Below are positions 63,663 to 64,000 of a stretch of 64,000 nt of DNA, one piece after another. This DNA is from Lytechinus pictus (lineage: Eukaryota). The notes under the pieces are model-generated. The model did not search any database, was not told the origin of the DNA, and was given only the letters and a program-made list of their open reading frames with translations. The stretch lies in assembly GCF_037042905.1 (NCBI RefSeq), contig NC_087263.1, forward strand, positions 11,658,001 to 11,722,000. Reading direction: 5' to 3'. How positions within the stretch are numbered: position 1 is the first letter of the stretch; the number at the start of each line of letters is the position of its first letter. Position numbers and translations under genes: made by a program.

Positions 63663-63810
63663 GGGGTCCGTTTCATAAAACATGGTATAATTACACATTT
63701 ACAATAAAAGTTAAAAGCTACTGAAATCCTTCATTCTGATTGGCTGATAGTGAATGTGTTATATCAATATTGCATGTGTTATCATAACAGGTCTTCATGA
63801 AACAGTACCC
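63663..63810. mobile_element. Short Harbinger-type MITE with a central CTGATTGG
   Basis: GGGGTCCGTTTCATAAAAC ... TCTTCATGAAACAGTACCC; eroded relatives end at ~29039, ~56102, ~62278 and ~62810. Confidence 0.6.
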
Positions 63811-64000
63811 TCATCTGTAACATGTAATGACATGTCAGAATATTTGTGGAAGGAAAACGAGTTGACGTATCAATTGCCTCTGGCAATAGCGTGCAATCAT
63901 TTGTGCTAACTAAACTGCAAACACGAAACCTGACTTTTAAGAAGCGGTGCATCAGAAGTTGAAACAATATTCCTTTATTCGAAAGAGCATGTCTTACATT

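Overview
AT-rich eukaryotic DNA, probably from an invertebrate deuterostome. The SINE, MITE and foldback repertoire looks echinoid-like (inference). No host protein-coding exon, rRNA, true tRNA or CRISPR array could be recognised, so the window reads as intergenic or intronic sequence packed with nested mobile elements. Coding remnants are three CR1-group (L2/Crack/Daphne-like) LINEs, one apparently full length, and a Tc1 element whose DD34E transposase has a single frameshift. Non-coding elements include a solo LTR with a GTAC target-site duplication (TSD), a ~5 kb foldback element with inverted 15-bp tandem arrays and an 8-bp TSD that encloses a LINE, four tRNA-derived SINEs and more than 20 MITEs (hAT-, PIF/Harbinger-, Kolobok-, CACT/CMC- and Tc1-type ends). 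The most notable observations are two divergently oriented minimal hammerhead ribozyme motifs between (TA)n tracts (19.6-20.1 kb), a (TA)n insertion sink repeatedly hit by one LINE family (29.5-36.9 kb), the foldback element, and a spacer-less 64-bp perfect palindrome. Superfamily calls rest on termini and TSDs read by eye. No database search was run.
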